Below are positions 26,380 through 40,232 of a stretch of DNA of 64,000 bases, piece after piece (position 1 is the first letter of the stretch; the number at the start of each line of letters is the position of its first letter). The notes below the pieces were generated by a model. That model was not told the DNA's origin, made no database searches, and saw only the letters and a list, made by a program, of their open reading frames with translations. The DNA is from Paraspadella gotoi (taxonomy: Eukaryota > Animalia > Chaetognatha), in assembly GCA_051294375.1 (NCBI GenBank), contig CM119270.1, positions 19,347,572 to 19,411,571 on the forward strand, given 5' to 3'. The position numbers and the translations under genes are program-made.

Positions 26380-28548
26380 CTCTCTTTTTTTCTTTTTTCC
26401 GGTTTCCAATCCATACCTTTTTAACTGACTTTGCAAACAATTTCTTTTCTGATCACATTTCAAAATATTTTAATAAAATTGGTTTCAAAATGTTGATCGA
26501 TGATCTTTTTTTTCCTCAATTTCAAAAAAATACTAACATGTTTTTTTTCACCTTTCATTAGATTTTTTTTTAAAATCATTTTTCCATCCCACCTTTTTAG
26601 GCTTTTAACCTGAATGGTTCCCAAATTATTCTAGCTCTCAGAATTTAGATTTGCATCCGTTTTAATTTTTTTTGAACGGCATTTTACATCAAAAGTTAAA
26701 AAAGACACAAATCAAGATTCTATAGTTTATGATAAAATGTACTTAATTCATTTGAGATTTTAAGTTTTTATTTTCGTCTATTTCTTCTTTTTTTTCCTTA
26801 TTCCTTCCTCCATTTATTTTCATTTTCTTCCATTTTTCCCTTTTTTATTCCATTTCACTCTCAGAAGCTTTTTCCCCCCCCTACTCTCTCTTTTCAGGTG
26901 AGAGAAAATCTCCTAAAATATTCGTTTATTTTTATATATTTTTTCACGTTTTTTTTCTCTGCCTCGATTTGGAGGATTTGGGGCGACGCCCACCGATGAT
27001 TTATTGTTTCGCCGAAAGGAGAAAAAATGGCGCCACCGAAAAAAAAAGAAAAATTTGAGGCGAGAAAAAAAAGAGGCGGAGAAAGGGAGAAATAAATAAA
27101 ATAAAATGAATGATAAAATAAATAAATTAAGATTGAATAAAGTTTTTTAAAAAGAATTTATTTCCTTGGAAGTAAAGAAGAAAATAAAAAAGAGAAGAGA
27201 AAAATAGTAAACGATAATAAGATTCCAGAAGAGACATTAACATTTAAATAAATAAACTGGGAAAACATGAAAGATAAGCTTCATGAATTCTGCGTGAAAT
27301 TTATGAGAACTGAGGGTAGAGGAGTGTGAACTGTGAAAAGTAGACGAGTGTGAACTGTGAAAGGTAGAGTGTGAACTTTGAAACATTAAAGGAAGAAGGA
27401 GCGGAAGTGAGAGAGTAAATGTGAAAAGTCGATGCTGGGAAAAAAAGAGTGTGAAAAAGTGTGAATTAGCTGAAAGAGCGACGTGAATGCGATGCGAGCG
27501 TGAGAGTGACAATGTGAGGGGGGGAGAGAGCAAAGATATTCTGAGAGGATAGCCATTGTAGAGGTTAGAGAGAATAGTCGGGTAGCCAATACTCGGAAGC
27601 AGACAGCCGATGCCCCCACCCGTCCCGGGTGATAGAGCAAAGGAAATGTTGGAAGTCGTAGAGCCAAAGCTTCGAAAGGCTAATGAGGGGAATTAAGCGG
27701 GATTTGCAACGAATATGGGGGGTGGGGTAGGGGGAAGGATGGGGTGGGGGTGAGGTAGGAGGCGGATGAAAAATGGGGGACGGGGGGGGGGGGAGGCCCG
27801 AGAGGGGGACTAATGGGAGGGAAAAAAATTATCCCGCCTCGTAAATATTCCGAATTCGTTTCGCGAAGGTGGAAATGAAAATTTTTTTTTCTAACCGGCC
27901 GGTTGACGGGGAAATGGGGGTGATTAGGGGGTGAGTAGAGGGTGAGTAGAGGGTGAGTAGGGAGGGAAAGAGGAAGGACTGGAAGGAGGAAGGTAGGGGA
28001 TTTTTGGGGAAAAAAAATTTCATTACGACTTTCGAGTTTTGACGGATGGCGGAGCTCGTTAGATCTTAGTCCATGGAATCTAGGGTGAAATGATTTTGGT
28101 AATGGAATCAAGAGAGGTGGAATCATGTAACGTGGAATCACGTGGCTTAGAATCACGTAACGTGGAATCGGCTGAAGTGTGATCACGAAAAAGAATTACG
28201 TGAAATACGTGAATCTCAGTCACTTGCTTAGGGTCACTTGGGCGAAATAAACTAAACCAAATCCTCCAATATGAAATAAATATTATATGTTAAAAATCGC
28301 GAAAGTGGAAGGACTAGTGATGGAATCGTTGGGATGGAATCACGGAGATGGAAGCGAGATGGAATCACTGTAGTAGATGAATTCTCATAACTTCACTTTT
28401 TGTCTTCGGTCGAAAAATATTCTTTCTCACAAAGAATTCTTTTTTTTTTACTATTCGTTTTACGATAAGAAAAAAAAAATAAAGAAAGAAAGAAAAATAA
28501 AAGAAATAAAGAAATATACAAAGAAAGAAAGAAATATACAAAGAAATA

Positions 28549-28632
<84 letters not shown>

Positions 28633-28726
28633 CAGACCGAAAAAGATAAGGCGCATTTTCTCATGAATTTAATCAAACGCATCGGAAATTGAAGAAGCAA
28701 CGGATTTTGTTTTTGCTCTCGGCGAA

Positions 28727-28801
<75 letters not shown>

Positions 28802-29120
28802 CTCACTGGATGATAAAAATAGAGACAATCAGGCTAATTAAGAAACGGACTGACCGACGCAGAAACTCCACGGTTAAACCTTCTCAGTAGCGAAAAAAAA
28901 GGAAAAACCAACAATCGCATTAACCACAATGACGACGCCGACGACGACGACAATGACGACGATGACGACAATGACGACGCCGACGACGACGACGACGACG
29001 ACGACGACGATCAACCTGCGAGCGACACCCAGAGAGGAACCCGGCGTCCAGCTTAATAATCGTCATTTGTCTCGACTGGCGTTGAAAAACAAACACGTGA
29101 ACAGTAATGAATAATGATCG

Positions 29121-29194
<74 letters not shown>

Positions 29195-30613
29195 TTTTTC
29201 TAAGTGCTAAGCAGAAAGGACGCCCAGATGGCGAGAGGAGAGAAGAGAGTTCGGGAATCCAGTTTGTTTTTCAATCATGTTTGTTTGTTTAAGGCTCCTT
29301 GGCTCGTTTGTTTACAAATGGCGGTTCGTCCTTCTTTTCTTAACTTCTCCTTCTTTTCCTTATTTTCCCCTTTTTTTATCATTTCTTTTTCTTTCTATTC
29401 ACTCCATAGTTTTGACAAGTTCTGTCACAAAAGCTCAGGTATTGTGGTCTCTTATTCTCTAATTTATAACTTCATTAAGACTTTGTCTCGTTAAACATAA
29501 ACAATTGTTTATCACAATGAAGCTTATCTTTTACTCTTTCAGTCTTTTTTTCCTTTTCAGAAAACCATCAGCACGTCGTTGAACATTCTCATTCTTGCAT
29601 TTGCAACGCCGTCTCTTCCTCTTCATCTTTAACCTTATTTCTTTTCTTTCCTCCTTTCACTTCTTTTCTTTCCTCCTTTTCCTCCATCCATTTCTTTCCC
29701 TCTCCCCCACCCAACCCCCCCTCCACCTCATCAACTCTTCCTCCCTCTCGTTTTACTGGTCAAAAAACCTAAAGAGAAAAAGAAAAGAATAAAATTTTTT
29801 TTTTTTTTTTCTGATCTGGACTTGATTCGCGGTAAACATCATTAAGCTCGGCCACCATGAGCCCTCGCACCACGGGCGTTCATTCACCCCGTCGGCCTTT
29901 TTCGTCCTTGGCTCCGGTTTCTCCGGCACGAGGCTCCAGTTTTTGTTTTTTTTACTCCATCGTTTGTTTGGATGAATTGGAGTGCTGGAGCTATTTCGCG
30001 TTCTGCGGCACCAGTGTTTTGACTCCATCGCTTAGCTCCGCTGAAGAGGCTTGCTAAAATTATTCATTATTTTGTTTTAAAATTCAGTTTCTCTGGCACG
30101 AAGCTCCATTTTTCAATTTTATCGCTTCGCTCGGCTAAAAGGAGCTTTTTTTTTCCATATCTTTGTTTGGGCTAACGTGAATACTGGAGCCAATCCTCTT
30201 GGCTCCAGCTTTTCTACGACGAGGCTCCTGTTTTTGACTCTAGTATCTCTCCGTTTGGCTTAACGTTAGTAACAAAACTAGAAAGAGGAAGGGCGAAGAA
30301 AATGATCTAAAAATGGTTGATGTATTTTCAGGCTCTCGATTTAAAAATGCTTTAGGACCTAATCAGTGAGAAGCCAATGTGAATATCACGAAAGTCCCAA
30401 GGCTTTTCTGTGAACTAATTTCTAAAGCATTTGATTGTCTTGCTGTCAATATCATTTGTTTACTATCATTGACAAACGCTTTTTATTTCCCATGAAGACG
30501 TGACGTGCGCTGTTTTCCTTCGGTGAAACATGCGCTGTTTTCGTTGAGTGACCTTAACCCGTTTCATCATGACACGCACTCTCTCACTCTCACTCTCACT
30601 CTCTCTCTCTCTC

Positions 30614-30735
<122 letters not shown>

Positions 30736-31039
30736 CAGAATTCGGGGAAAAAGAGAGAAAGTAGGCGTGGTCGAAAAAAAAAGAAAGAAAAGGCCGCCAG
30801 ACACAAAAGAGCAGTTTATCATCCGAAGGAAAAAAAAAGCGATAAAAAGAAGATAAAATAGGCTTAACAAAATGCACGCAGACGCAATCGGGCACACGCA
30901 TGCGCCCACTGCATGCACAACCTACTAAAAAAATAAAAACGATATATATCAAAGCTTTAGCGAGTCGACAGTGATACAGAATGTTGAATAGAAGTTGATT
31001 TTACGGTTCAGGCGCCATAACGAGAACTTCTTCTTTGTA

Positions 31040-31072
<33 letters not shown>

Positions 31073-31256
31073 TTCTATCTCTCTCTCTCTCTCTCACCAC
31101 CTGCCTTCGATTTTCCACGACAGTTTTCTATTTGTTTTTTTCTTCCCCAGAGAATAATATTCTTATTTTTTTATTTCTTCATTTTTTGGCGAAATGTTTT
31201 ACTCAAAAAAAAATTTCAGGGAAAAAGAAATTGTCAATTGGTTTTTCTCGTGGAAG

Positions 31257-31427
<171 letters not shown>

Positions 31428-31689
31428 ACCTGTTTCTCTCCACGGTCGCAAAAGGGCAACGCAGGTACGAGAAGCGACAGTCTTTTGTTTTTGTTTGGCG
31501 ACGATTTATATTCCTCTTTCGTCCGCCAGGATCCGCAGACAACAATCCAACCATTTTTTTAATCCACTGTTTTGCCAATTTTGGTTGAGGGCAATCGTGG
31601 TTGAGTTGGCCCACAATTTGGTTTATTTGGATCTCACTTTTTTTTCACGACGAGAACTTAAATTTATGACATCAGACATTCTTTTTAAG

Positions 31690-31744
31690 ATATTAAGAGA
31701 TTAAGATATTAAGATATTAAGATATTAAGATATTAAGATATTAA
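31690..31744. repeat. (GATATTAA)n tandem repeat
   Basis: About six 8-mers immediately before the long inverted repeat. Confidence 0.85.
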
Positions 31745-31752
31745 AATAATAG

Positions 31753-31961
31753 TTAGAAAAGTTTGAAATGAATTTTCAACAACGATTTTATTTTTAATAA
31801 AAAACGGACATGTTTCGGCTTAACTACAAAATTATGTGCATAATTTGTTTCAAATTCACTAACTTTTTTAATGCTGATGAAGGCTTGTAGTTAAGCCGAA
31901 ACATGTCCGTTTTTTATTAAAAATAAAATCGTTGTTGAAAATTCATTTCAAACTTTTCTAA
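31753..31961. mobile_element. Perfect 77-bp inverted repeat (31753-31829 and 31885-31961), probable Penelope-like element pseudo-LTR remnant
   Basis: The arms are exact reverse complements with a 55-nt spacer, and the right arm overlaps a minimal hammerhead. Inverted partial pLTRs are typical of PLE insertions. Confidence 0.7.
31870..31911 (+). ncRNA. Minimal type I hammerhead ribozyme
   Basis: AAUG-CUGAUGA-A-GGCUU-guaguu-AAGCC-GAAA-CAUG-UC^CGUU. The catalytic core is intact, with a 5-bp stem II, a 4-bp stem I (AAUG/CGUU) and palindromic CAUG in place of stem III. Confidence 0.75.
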
Positions 31962-32542
31962 TAATTATTACACAACGAAAAGAAAGGATTATACCACAAT
32001 AAAATAATAGTATATATTTTGTATTTTGGTTTTCACCGCAAATATTTAATTAAAAATGGTTAATTTTAATTATAAAACGACGGTTATATCTTTGGTACTG
32101 GTCTCTGTGAAAGAGTGAGACAGTGAAGTGAACAGACAAAGGGACACAAAGTTAATTAATTCACCTGACATTTTTATGGACGCAACAAATTGAGATCGAA
32201 TGTGAACCGTGAAGTGAGCGACGACGTTGAACGTGAAAGAGAAGAAAAAACAAACCTGGTGAGGAGTCTCTCTCTCTCTCTCTCTCTCTCTCATCTTCTC
32301 TTTCTTCTCCTCTCATCCCTCTCATCCCCGCGTCTTCTCATTTACTCTCCTCTCTCTTTCTTCTCATTGTCCTAGCGTCTGGAAACCGTCAACAGGATTA
32401 CCCGATCATCGTCGTTTTTGTCTCCTTCGTTCCTCTCGTCGTCGTCCGTCGTCGTCGTCGTTTGACGCCTATCACATGCGTTCCCCCCTTCCACCCCTGC
32501 GTCTTTTCTTTTCCTCTCCAATTTGTAATTTAAAAAAAAAAA

Positions 32543-32885
32543 GAACGGTAAATTCCAATGTGTTGCGCCGCAGTGACTCATTTACCCTTTGATCGCATCG
32601 TATGACATGACATGACATGACTAAAAAACTTTCTTTGCCCGAGTATTTATGACTTGCACTTTTTTAAGTTTTAGGAATTCCTGAGGGCGGCGCTAGAAGT
32701 CCCTTAGATTTGAGGTATTTTTCTGTCTTAACAAATGAGCAACCAACTATTGGCAAATTATTTGCATTTTTAACGAAAGTGGGACAGACCGATGGACAGA
32801 TTTACCGACGGACCGACCAACCAACAGACCGACCGAAAAGTGAGTTATAGAGTTTCTCCGCCAGTACACGCGGCGCAACTAAAAA
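32543..32885 (-). mobile_element. Helentron-associated non-autonomous element (HINE/DINE-1-like)
   Basis: 10-bp subterminal inverted repeats GTTGCGCCGC (32562-32571) and GCGGCGCAAC (32870-32879), an internal (GACC/GACA) microsatellite and A/T-run flanks. A second copy lies at 11771-12012. Confidence 0.6.
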
Positions 32886-33169
32886 GAGGGAAAGCGAGAG
32901 ACAGGGAGAAATTCGTCTCTGCTGGAGTCTCTTCTGTCTGGAGTCTCTGCTGGAGTCTCTGCTGGTGCTGGGGCGAGTGAAACTGATGCAAACTATGACT
33001 AATGGACTAATGGACTAATGGATTAATTGTTTTGTTCATTATTACATTGATTCATTATTTGGATTGTTTGATTATTTCCTTTGGTCGGCTTAAAATATCT
33101 TTTTTTTATATTTTACCTTCAGACTAATTTGTACGCTCGACCAATTTGATTGTAAATGCTTCTCTCCTT

Positions 33170-33226
<57 letters not shown>

Positions 33227-33377
33227 CTACGACTATATTTTTTTCTCCTCTCTATTCGACGTCGCAAAGAAATAAAAAAAAAAGGAAAAAGAAAAAAAAG
33301 AAGAACAAAAAGTGAAACGTCCCTTTCCTTTATCGCTACCATTATAACGTCTCATCAAGGGAGATGGCATCCAAGCG

Positions 33378-33470
<93 letters not shown>

Positions 33471-34046
33471 CAACTCTCACGATGTCATCTTCTCCGTTCA
33501 TCAAGAGAGATATTGAAAGTCTCAACTGCCCTCGACTTCTTTTGCGAGATATTCGAAATCCGTTTGAACAGTGAGATCCTTTGCGTCGGTGTGAACGGCC
33601 TCGCTTGTGAGAAAACAGTTTTAAAATGGCTTTAGAAAAATAAAAATAGTCTAAGTACTATATAACCCAAATGATTCTGTAAAGTTTATTCACTCTCGAT
33701 ATAAATTTCTTTAAAACATTTACGCAAAAATACATGAAAACCTTTTTTCGTTTAATAAAGATTCTGATGAAATAAATAAAGAATTATTCAGATTCACTCC
33801 ATTAGTGAAAATATATTTTTTAACAGGACATGATGGACTTCCTATCAATGAAAATGTATAGCATTTTGTTAACAGTTTCAAAAACAATATAACAGTTTTA
33901 TTTGAATATCAAGTCCCCTCCTTGATGTATTGGACTGCGAATTACTACTGTATTCCGCACCAGATTTAAAATCATTTACATTTCCAGTCCTGATATATCA
34001 CTTTATCGACTCTACCATTTCCAGTAATCCTAAAACGACGATGATA

Positions 34047-34077
<31 letters not shown>

Positions 34078-34292
34078 TGACAGAGACAGAGACAATAAAA
34101 AAATCCCAGCTTCTATTCTACTCACACGTAAATCTTGTTTTATTTGACAAACGTCTGACATGACGATTCATGTTTTGAGTCGAGAAAAGTTCACAACTGT
34201 GAAGTCGACATTTCACTACGAGAAGAGAGACAAAGAGAATGAATATAATTGCTCACGAGATGAATCATATTCATTGTCACGTCAATTCATTT

Positions 34293-34425
<133 letters not shown>

Positions 34426-34691
34426 CTTTCTAACATTTCTTTCTCGTCTTTTCTTCTCTTTCTTATTTCCTCTTGCTCCTCTCTCCCATCTCATCCTGCA
34501 CAGTAATCCCCTATCTTTTTTTGCCCCCACAGTGTGCCATATCGATTTCAACTCCCACGGTTTTGCTGAAGTGACAAAAACGTCAACTTTCCGGAAATAA
34601 AAATTCTTCATAAGACGTTTTTCTCAAAAGAATTTGCAAATTTGGCCAAAATATAAAAAAAATCTCGCTTTCTCACTATTTCTCTCTCTTT

Positions 34692-34744
<53 letters not shown>

Positions 34745-34822
34745 ATCTCTCTCTCTCTCTCTTTCATTCATTGTCGATTTCTCTCTCTCCCTCTCTTTTC
34801 TTCTTCTCTTTTTTTCTGTCTA

Positions 34823-34950
<128 letters not shown>

Positions 34951-35836
34951 TTCCCTCACTTTTAAAGCCTTCATATTTTTCTTTGAAGCAGTAAAAAGAT
35001 ATGGAAGCCGGAAAAACTCGGAGAATCTTATTTTCTTTTTTCTTTTTTCTTTTTTTTTTATTGTTTCTTTGATGAGCGAACGAAGAGGAAAGGGAGAGAA
35101 GATAAGGGAGAAGAAAGGGAAGTAGTTTAAGATAAAAAAGAAAAGAACAGAAAAGAAAAGAAAAGAATAGAAAAGAAAAGAAAGTAAAAGAAAAGAAAAA
35201 AAAGAAAAGAGAGAAAAGAAAAGAGAGAAAAGAAAAGAAGAGGAAAGGGAGAGAAGATACAGGAGAATAAAGGGAAGGAGTTTAGGATAGGAAAAGAAAA
35301 GAAAAGAAAAGAAAAGAAAAGAAAAGAAAAGAAAAGAAAAGAAAAGAAAAGAAAAGAAAAGAAATGAAAAGATTAAAAAGAAAAAAAATAGAAATATAAA
35401 AAATAGAAATAGAAATATATTCTTTTAACAGAAAATAAAAATAATAATAAAAATCCTCTAATATATATTTAGAAATAAGAGAACAATAAAGGGTCATTAA
35501 GTCTTTACATTACATCAAATTATATTATTTTACTTTTTGTCAATTTCTCGACGGATCATAATATTGAGTAAAGAAAAAAATAAAAAGAAAACAGAAAAAA
35601 GAAACAGAGGAAGATGGAAGGAAAAACAGAAACAGTGTCAAAAAAGAAGAAGGAAAGAAACGAAGGAACCGAAAGAAACTGAAAAAGAGAAAACAGAGGA
35701 AAGGGGGGAGAGTAGGAGGGCGGACCAAACTCCGTCCCGGGGAACAATAGACACTTTTGTTTTGCGCATAAAGTAATTAATCAACTCGAGCGAGAATTTT
35801 TCTTTCTCTCCAAGAGACGGAAATTTCTTTCCTGCT

Positions 35837-35867
<31 letters not shown>

Positions 35868-35910
35868 CGACAACAACAATAACAAGGACGACGACATCAA
35901 TGACGCGCAA

Positions 35911-35950
<40 letters not shown>

Positions 35951-36022
35951 AACGCGCTACGAGGCAGCAAAAGTCTTTTTTTTTCAAATGAGACGTTAAT
36001 TGATTAATAATGCAAAAATCGG

Positions 36023-36127
<105 letters not shown>

Positions 36128-36667
36128 TTTCAAGTCACCTTCAGCTTTATCTGAATCATAATGAATATTAGTGAATGAATGAATGAATGGATAAATGAAT
36201 AAAGGAATGAATGAATGATTGAATGTATTAGCAAAGGAGCACATTTGACTAACATCATGATAAAAAATAAACTCAAAATTTAGCCTTGAAAAAAAACCTC
36301 GATAGTTTTGAATTGTTTTGGCAAAATGATTTTATTTTGAAAATAAAAATACGGAAATGTTTCACAACAACATTATAGCCTTGACTTAAGAGAAAAAAAA
36401 ACAAACAATAAAATTTAAATGACCAAAGAAGGGAAAAAAAACGATTTAAAAGAAAAAAAATCGTCTCCTGGAAATAAATGTATACAAATGAGTTTCGGCG
36501 GGAGAAAGAGAATTGTCCAATTGCAGTCATTTCCTAGAAATAGACGGGGAGAAAGAATGAGCGGGGGGAAGGGAGAAAAGGAGAAAAAAAGAAAAAAACC
36601 TGGAAAAGGAAAAAAGGAAATATGGAGTCGAGGAAGGAGAATAAAAAGAGGGAAAGAAAAGAAAATA

Positions 36668-37206
36668 NNNNNNNNNNNNNNNNNNNNNNNNNNNNNNNNN
36701 NNNNNNNNNNNNNNNNNNNNNNNNNNNNNNNNNNNNNNNNNNNNNNNNNNNNNNNNNNNNNNNNNNNNNNNNNNNNNNNNNNNNNNNNNNNNNNNNNNNN
36801 NNNNNNNNNNNNNNNNNNNNNNNNNNNNNNNNNNNNNNNNNNNNNNNNNNNNNNNNNNNNNNNNNNNNNNNNNNNNNNNNNNNNNNNNNNNNNNNNNNNN
36901 NNNNNNNNNNNNNNNNNNNNNNNNNNNNNNNNNNNNNNNNNNNNNNNNNNNNNNNNNNNNNNNNNNNNNNNNNNNNNNNNNNNNNNNNNNNNNNNNNNNN
37001 NNNNNNNNNNNNNNNNNNNNNNNNNNNNNNNNNNNNNNNNNNNNNNNNNNNNNNNNNNNNNNNNNNNNNNNNNNNNNNNNNNNNNNNNNNNNNNNNNNNN
37101 NNNNNNNNNNNNNNNNNNNNNNNNNNNNNNNNNNNNNNNNNNNNNNNNNNNNNNNNNNNNNNNNNNNNNNNNNNNNNNNNNNNNNNNNNNNNNNNNNNNN
37201 NNNNNN
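36668..37206. other. Assembly gap (other gaps: 6421-6445, 13505-13514, 20279-20303, 21411-21435, 37524-37548, 42145-42154, 42350-42505, 56842-56851)
   Basis: Runs of N. Confidence 0.99.
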
Positions 37207-38659
37207 CTCTCTCTCTCTCTCTCTCTCATGGGTGATCGATGGTTCTGTTACTATGACGACCCTGGATGCCGATGAAGGCGTCGACCTTCGCTTGACATCT
37301 CATTTCCTTTCGTCTCTTCGTTCGTCGAGTTTATTGATCTCTTTTCTTTTTTCCTTTCCTTTTCCTTTCTTTTCTTTCCTTTTTTTTTCTTTCCGCCTTA
37401 ATTTTTTCCTTCTTTCCTTGCTTTATACCTTCCATCCTTCCTTCCTTCCTCCTTTTTTCCTTCCTTCCTTCCTTCTTTCATTTCTTCCTTCTTTCCTTCC
37501 TTCCTTCTTTCCTTCCTTCCTTCNNNNNNNNNNNNNNNNNNNNNNNNNAGGAAGGAAGGAAGGAGGAAGTGAAGGAACGGAAGGAAGGAAGGAAGGAAGG
37601 AAAGGAAGGAAGGAAGGATGGAAGGGAGGAAGGAAAGAAAAGAAGGAAAGGTAAAGAAGGAAGGGAAGAAAGAAGGAAAGAAGGAAGGAAGGAAAGGAAG
37701 TAGAAGGAAGGAAGGAAGGAAGGAAAGAGGAAGGAAGGAAGGAAGGATGGAGGGATGGAAGGATGGAAGGAATAAAGCAAGGAAAGGAAAGGAAAGAGGA
37801 AGGAAGGAAGGAAGAAGGAAGGAAGGAAGAGAAGGAAGGAGGAAGAAGGAAGGAAAAGAGGAAGGAAGGAAGGAAGGATGGAGGGATGGAAGGATGAAGG
37901 AAATAAAGCAAGGAGGAAAGGAAAGAGGAAGGGAAGGAAGGAAGGAAAGGAAACGGAAGGAAGGAAAAGGAAGGAGGAAGGAAAAGAAGGCAGAAATGAA
38001 AGAAAGGAAGGAAGAGGAAAAAAGGAGGAAGGAATGGAAGGATGGAAGATGCTCTTCCTTCCTTCCTTCCTTACTTCCTTCCTTACTTCTCTCTTTCTCT
38101 CTCTTTCTCTCCCTTTTTATCTTTTCTTCCTTTCTCTCTTCTCTTTATTATTTTCTTCTTTCTCCAGTTTTATCCTTTATACCACGATTAACTTTTAAAG
38201 CGCCGCCTTACAATGACTCGAATTAAATGAGAAGAATTTCATTGCATCATATTGTTGGTTATTTGTAAGTCTTTCAGGCGCTCAATATTTGTCTAATGAA
38301 TCTCCTTTTTTCTGATATCCTCTTGTAACTGTCCATCTCTAACATGCCTTTAGTAGAATGGCAAAAGAACAACAACAACAATAACAACGACAACGACGAC
38401 GACGTCCACCACATCAGGGATCAGCGGGAGAACCATTTGCGTTGAATGGCGGAGAAAAAAAAAGATAAAAAAGGAATAAGAAAGGAAAAAAAAAGGAAAA
38501 TGACCCCCAGAAAAAAATGATTCCCCAAAAGATGATATGAATTCTTCCCCGCGACCCGAAGCTTCATCCCCCCCTTTTTTTTGGGGGGGGAGAGGCGGAG
38601 AAAAGAAAAGAGGCGGAATGACCCGGAGGGAACAGGCGCTCTTGTTTACGGCCATGATA

Positions 38660-38724
<65 letters not shown>

Positions 38725-39707
38725 AAAACTGTGAAATTAACATGCTTCGGTGGGTACTCTAACAATTCTACAATGGTTATGGAGAGTGTTTTTAGTAATT
38801 ACTTTTTTCTTGTATGTACAATGTCAATACATTTTCGTTGACAATGTCAGACTCTTAACAGACGTTGAGACAATCAATGTCACGTCGACTTTCTTGAAAT
38901 TCTAGACGTGAAAAACTTTGAACATGAGAAGATATTTTAAATTTGTTGTATTTTATATTAAAAACCGAATAAAATACAACAAATTTACAATACACAAACT
39001 ACCAGAATCATGCCTCTCAAAAATTGGATTAAGAGAAGATATTATATCAAGAAAAAAACATTAAAATTACTGGAAACTTATTTTGCTCAAAGGGACATAA
39101 ATATTTTGGCTAAAGCAAATTTTCTTTTGCTCTTTTTTCTGTGTTGATACTTCTCTCGTCTTATTTTGTTTCTTCTTTTTGTTTTTATAACAACTTTATT
39201 ACTATTTGTAACTTTTTGACGTCCCTTGTTCTTCCCAAGACTTAGTTTCACCTTCCTTGTTGTATGACTTTGTTCTAACTCCATGTTCTGAATCTGACTT
39301 TGTTCCAACTCCCTTGTTAAATCACTTTGTTCTTACTTTCACATTCCTCTCACTTTGTTCCTCTCCCTTCCCTCAATTCACAGTCGCCAATTCTTTCCGC
39401 CGGAAAATTCTTCACCTTCGTTTTTTCCCTTTCCTTCCTTTTTCACGCTCATCGAATATCATAGAGATTCTCTCACGTGAATTTCTCTCTCTCTCTCACG
39501 TTAGATTTTGAATCACGTGACTTTTCGATTCCACGACGCGATCAGCAGCTGCGACTCGCTTCCGGTCGATAGATCGAAAATAGCGAGACGCTTCAACGAA
39601 CTTCACACTTTCGTGGGCGAAAGAGTTCGTTGGAATTTTCTTCTTAGTTTATGCTTCGGTGAATCTTGATTTTTTTTTTTGTTCCCTCGGAACTTCACCA
39701 GGCGCTT

Positions 39708-39917
39708 TATGGTATAACCAATATAAAAAATTATCCATTCCTTTAATTAATCAGCTATCTTTCTCACGTGTCTGGACATGCTTTGCTTGTTTGAGGACTC
39801 TATCACTCTTACTAGATGACAACTTAACATGATTATGACAGCTTTCATTCCCAAACTCTCTCACAGTCTAATTCATTCACTCCAAACCTATCTGGCTTCC
39901 CTATCAATGAAATGGTA
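39708..39917 (+). repeat. Dispersed ~200-bp repeat family, copy 3 (more diverged)
   Basis: Colinear match to 12112-12321. A further fragment lies at ~58843-58950. Confidence 0.75.
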
Positions 39918-39964
39918 TAATATTTCAAAAAAATGTTTAAATTCTTTAAAAGGATATAATGTAT

Positions 39965-40232
39965 GTATTATAATAATTATATGTACCCACCGATAGTAAG
40001 GTCTAGGGTCTGTGGATAAGGCGCTACGTGGGCTGAAGATGACTGTCCGTAACTTCTATAACCCCCTCTAGCAGCCATGGAACGGGTCCCTGGGCTTGGA
40101 ACCAGGCTTGAGGGTTTGCCATGCCCCCAAGGCGACTTACGGCCGTCCTCACGCTTCCCGCAGGGTAGGTACCGGATTGGGATTGAACCCGGTACCGAGT
40201 GGTCATGGCTTTACTCAATGAGCCACCGGGTC
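39965..40232 (-). mobile_element. tRNA-derived SINE (second family)
   Basis: Minus-strand head GACCCGGTGGCTCATTGAGTAAAGC...CCGGGTTCAATCCC (A box TGGCTCATTG, B box GGTTCAATCCC), then a GC-rich body and an AT-rich tail. Confidence 0.65.

Noticed and set aside
27535-27685. High-complexity patch, possible retroelement fragment
   Set aside because: No recognisable motif in the frames I read. It cannot be supported without a database search.
37416-38050. Inverted similarity (CCTTGCTTTAT..CCTTCCATCC) across a 25-N gap
   Set aside because: It is low-complexity and adjacent to a gap-filling mark, so the orientation cannot be trusted.
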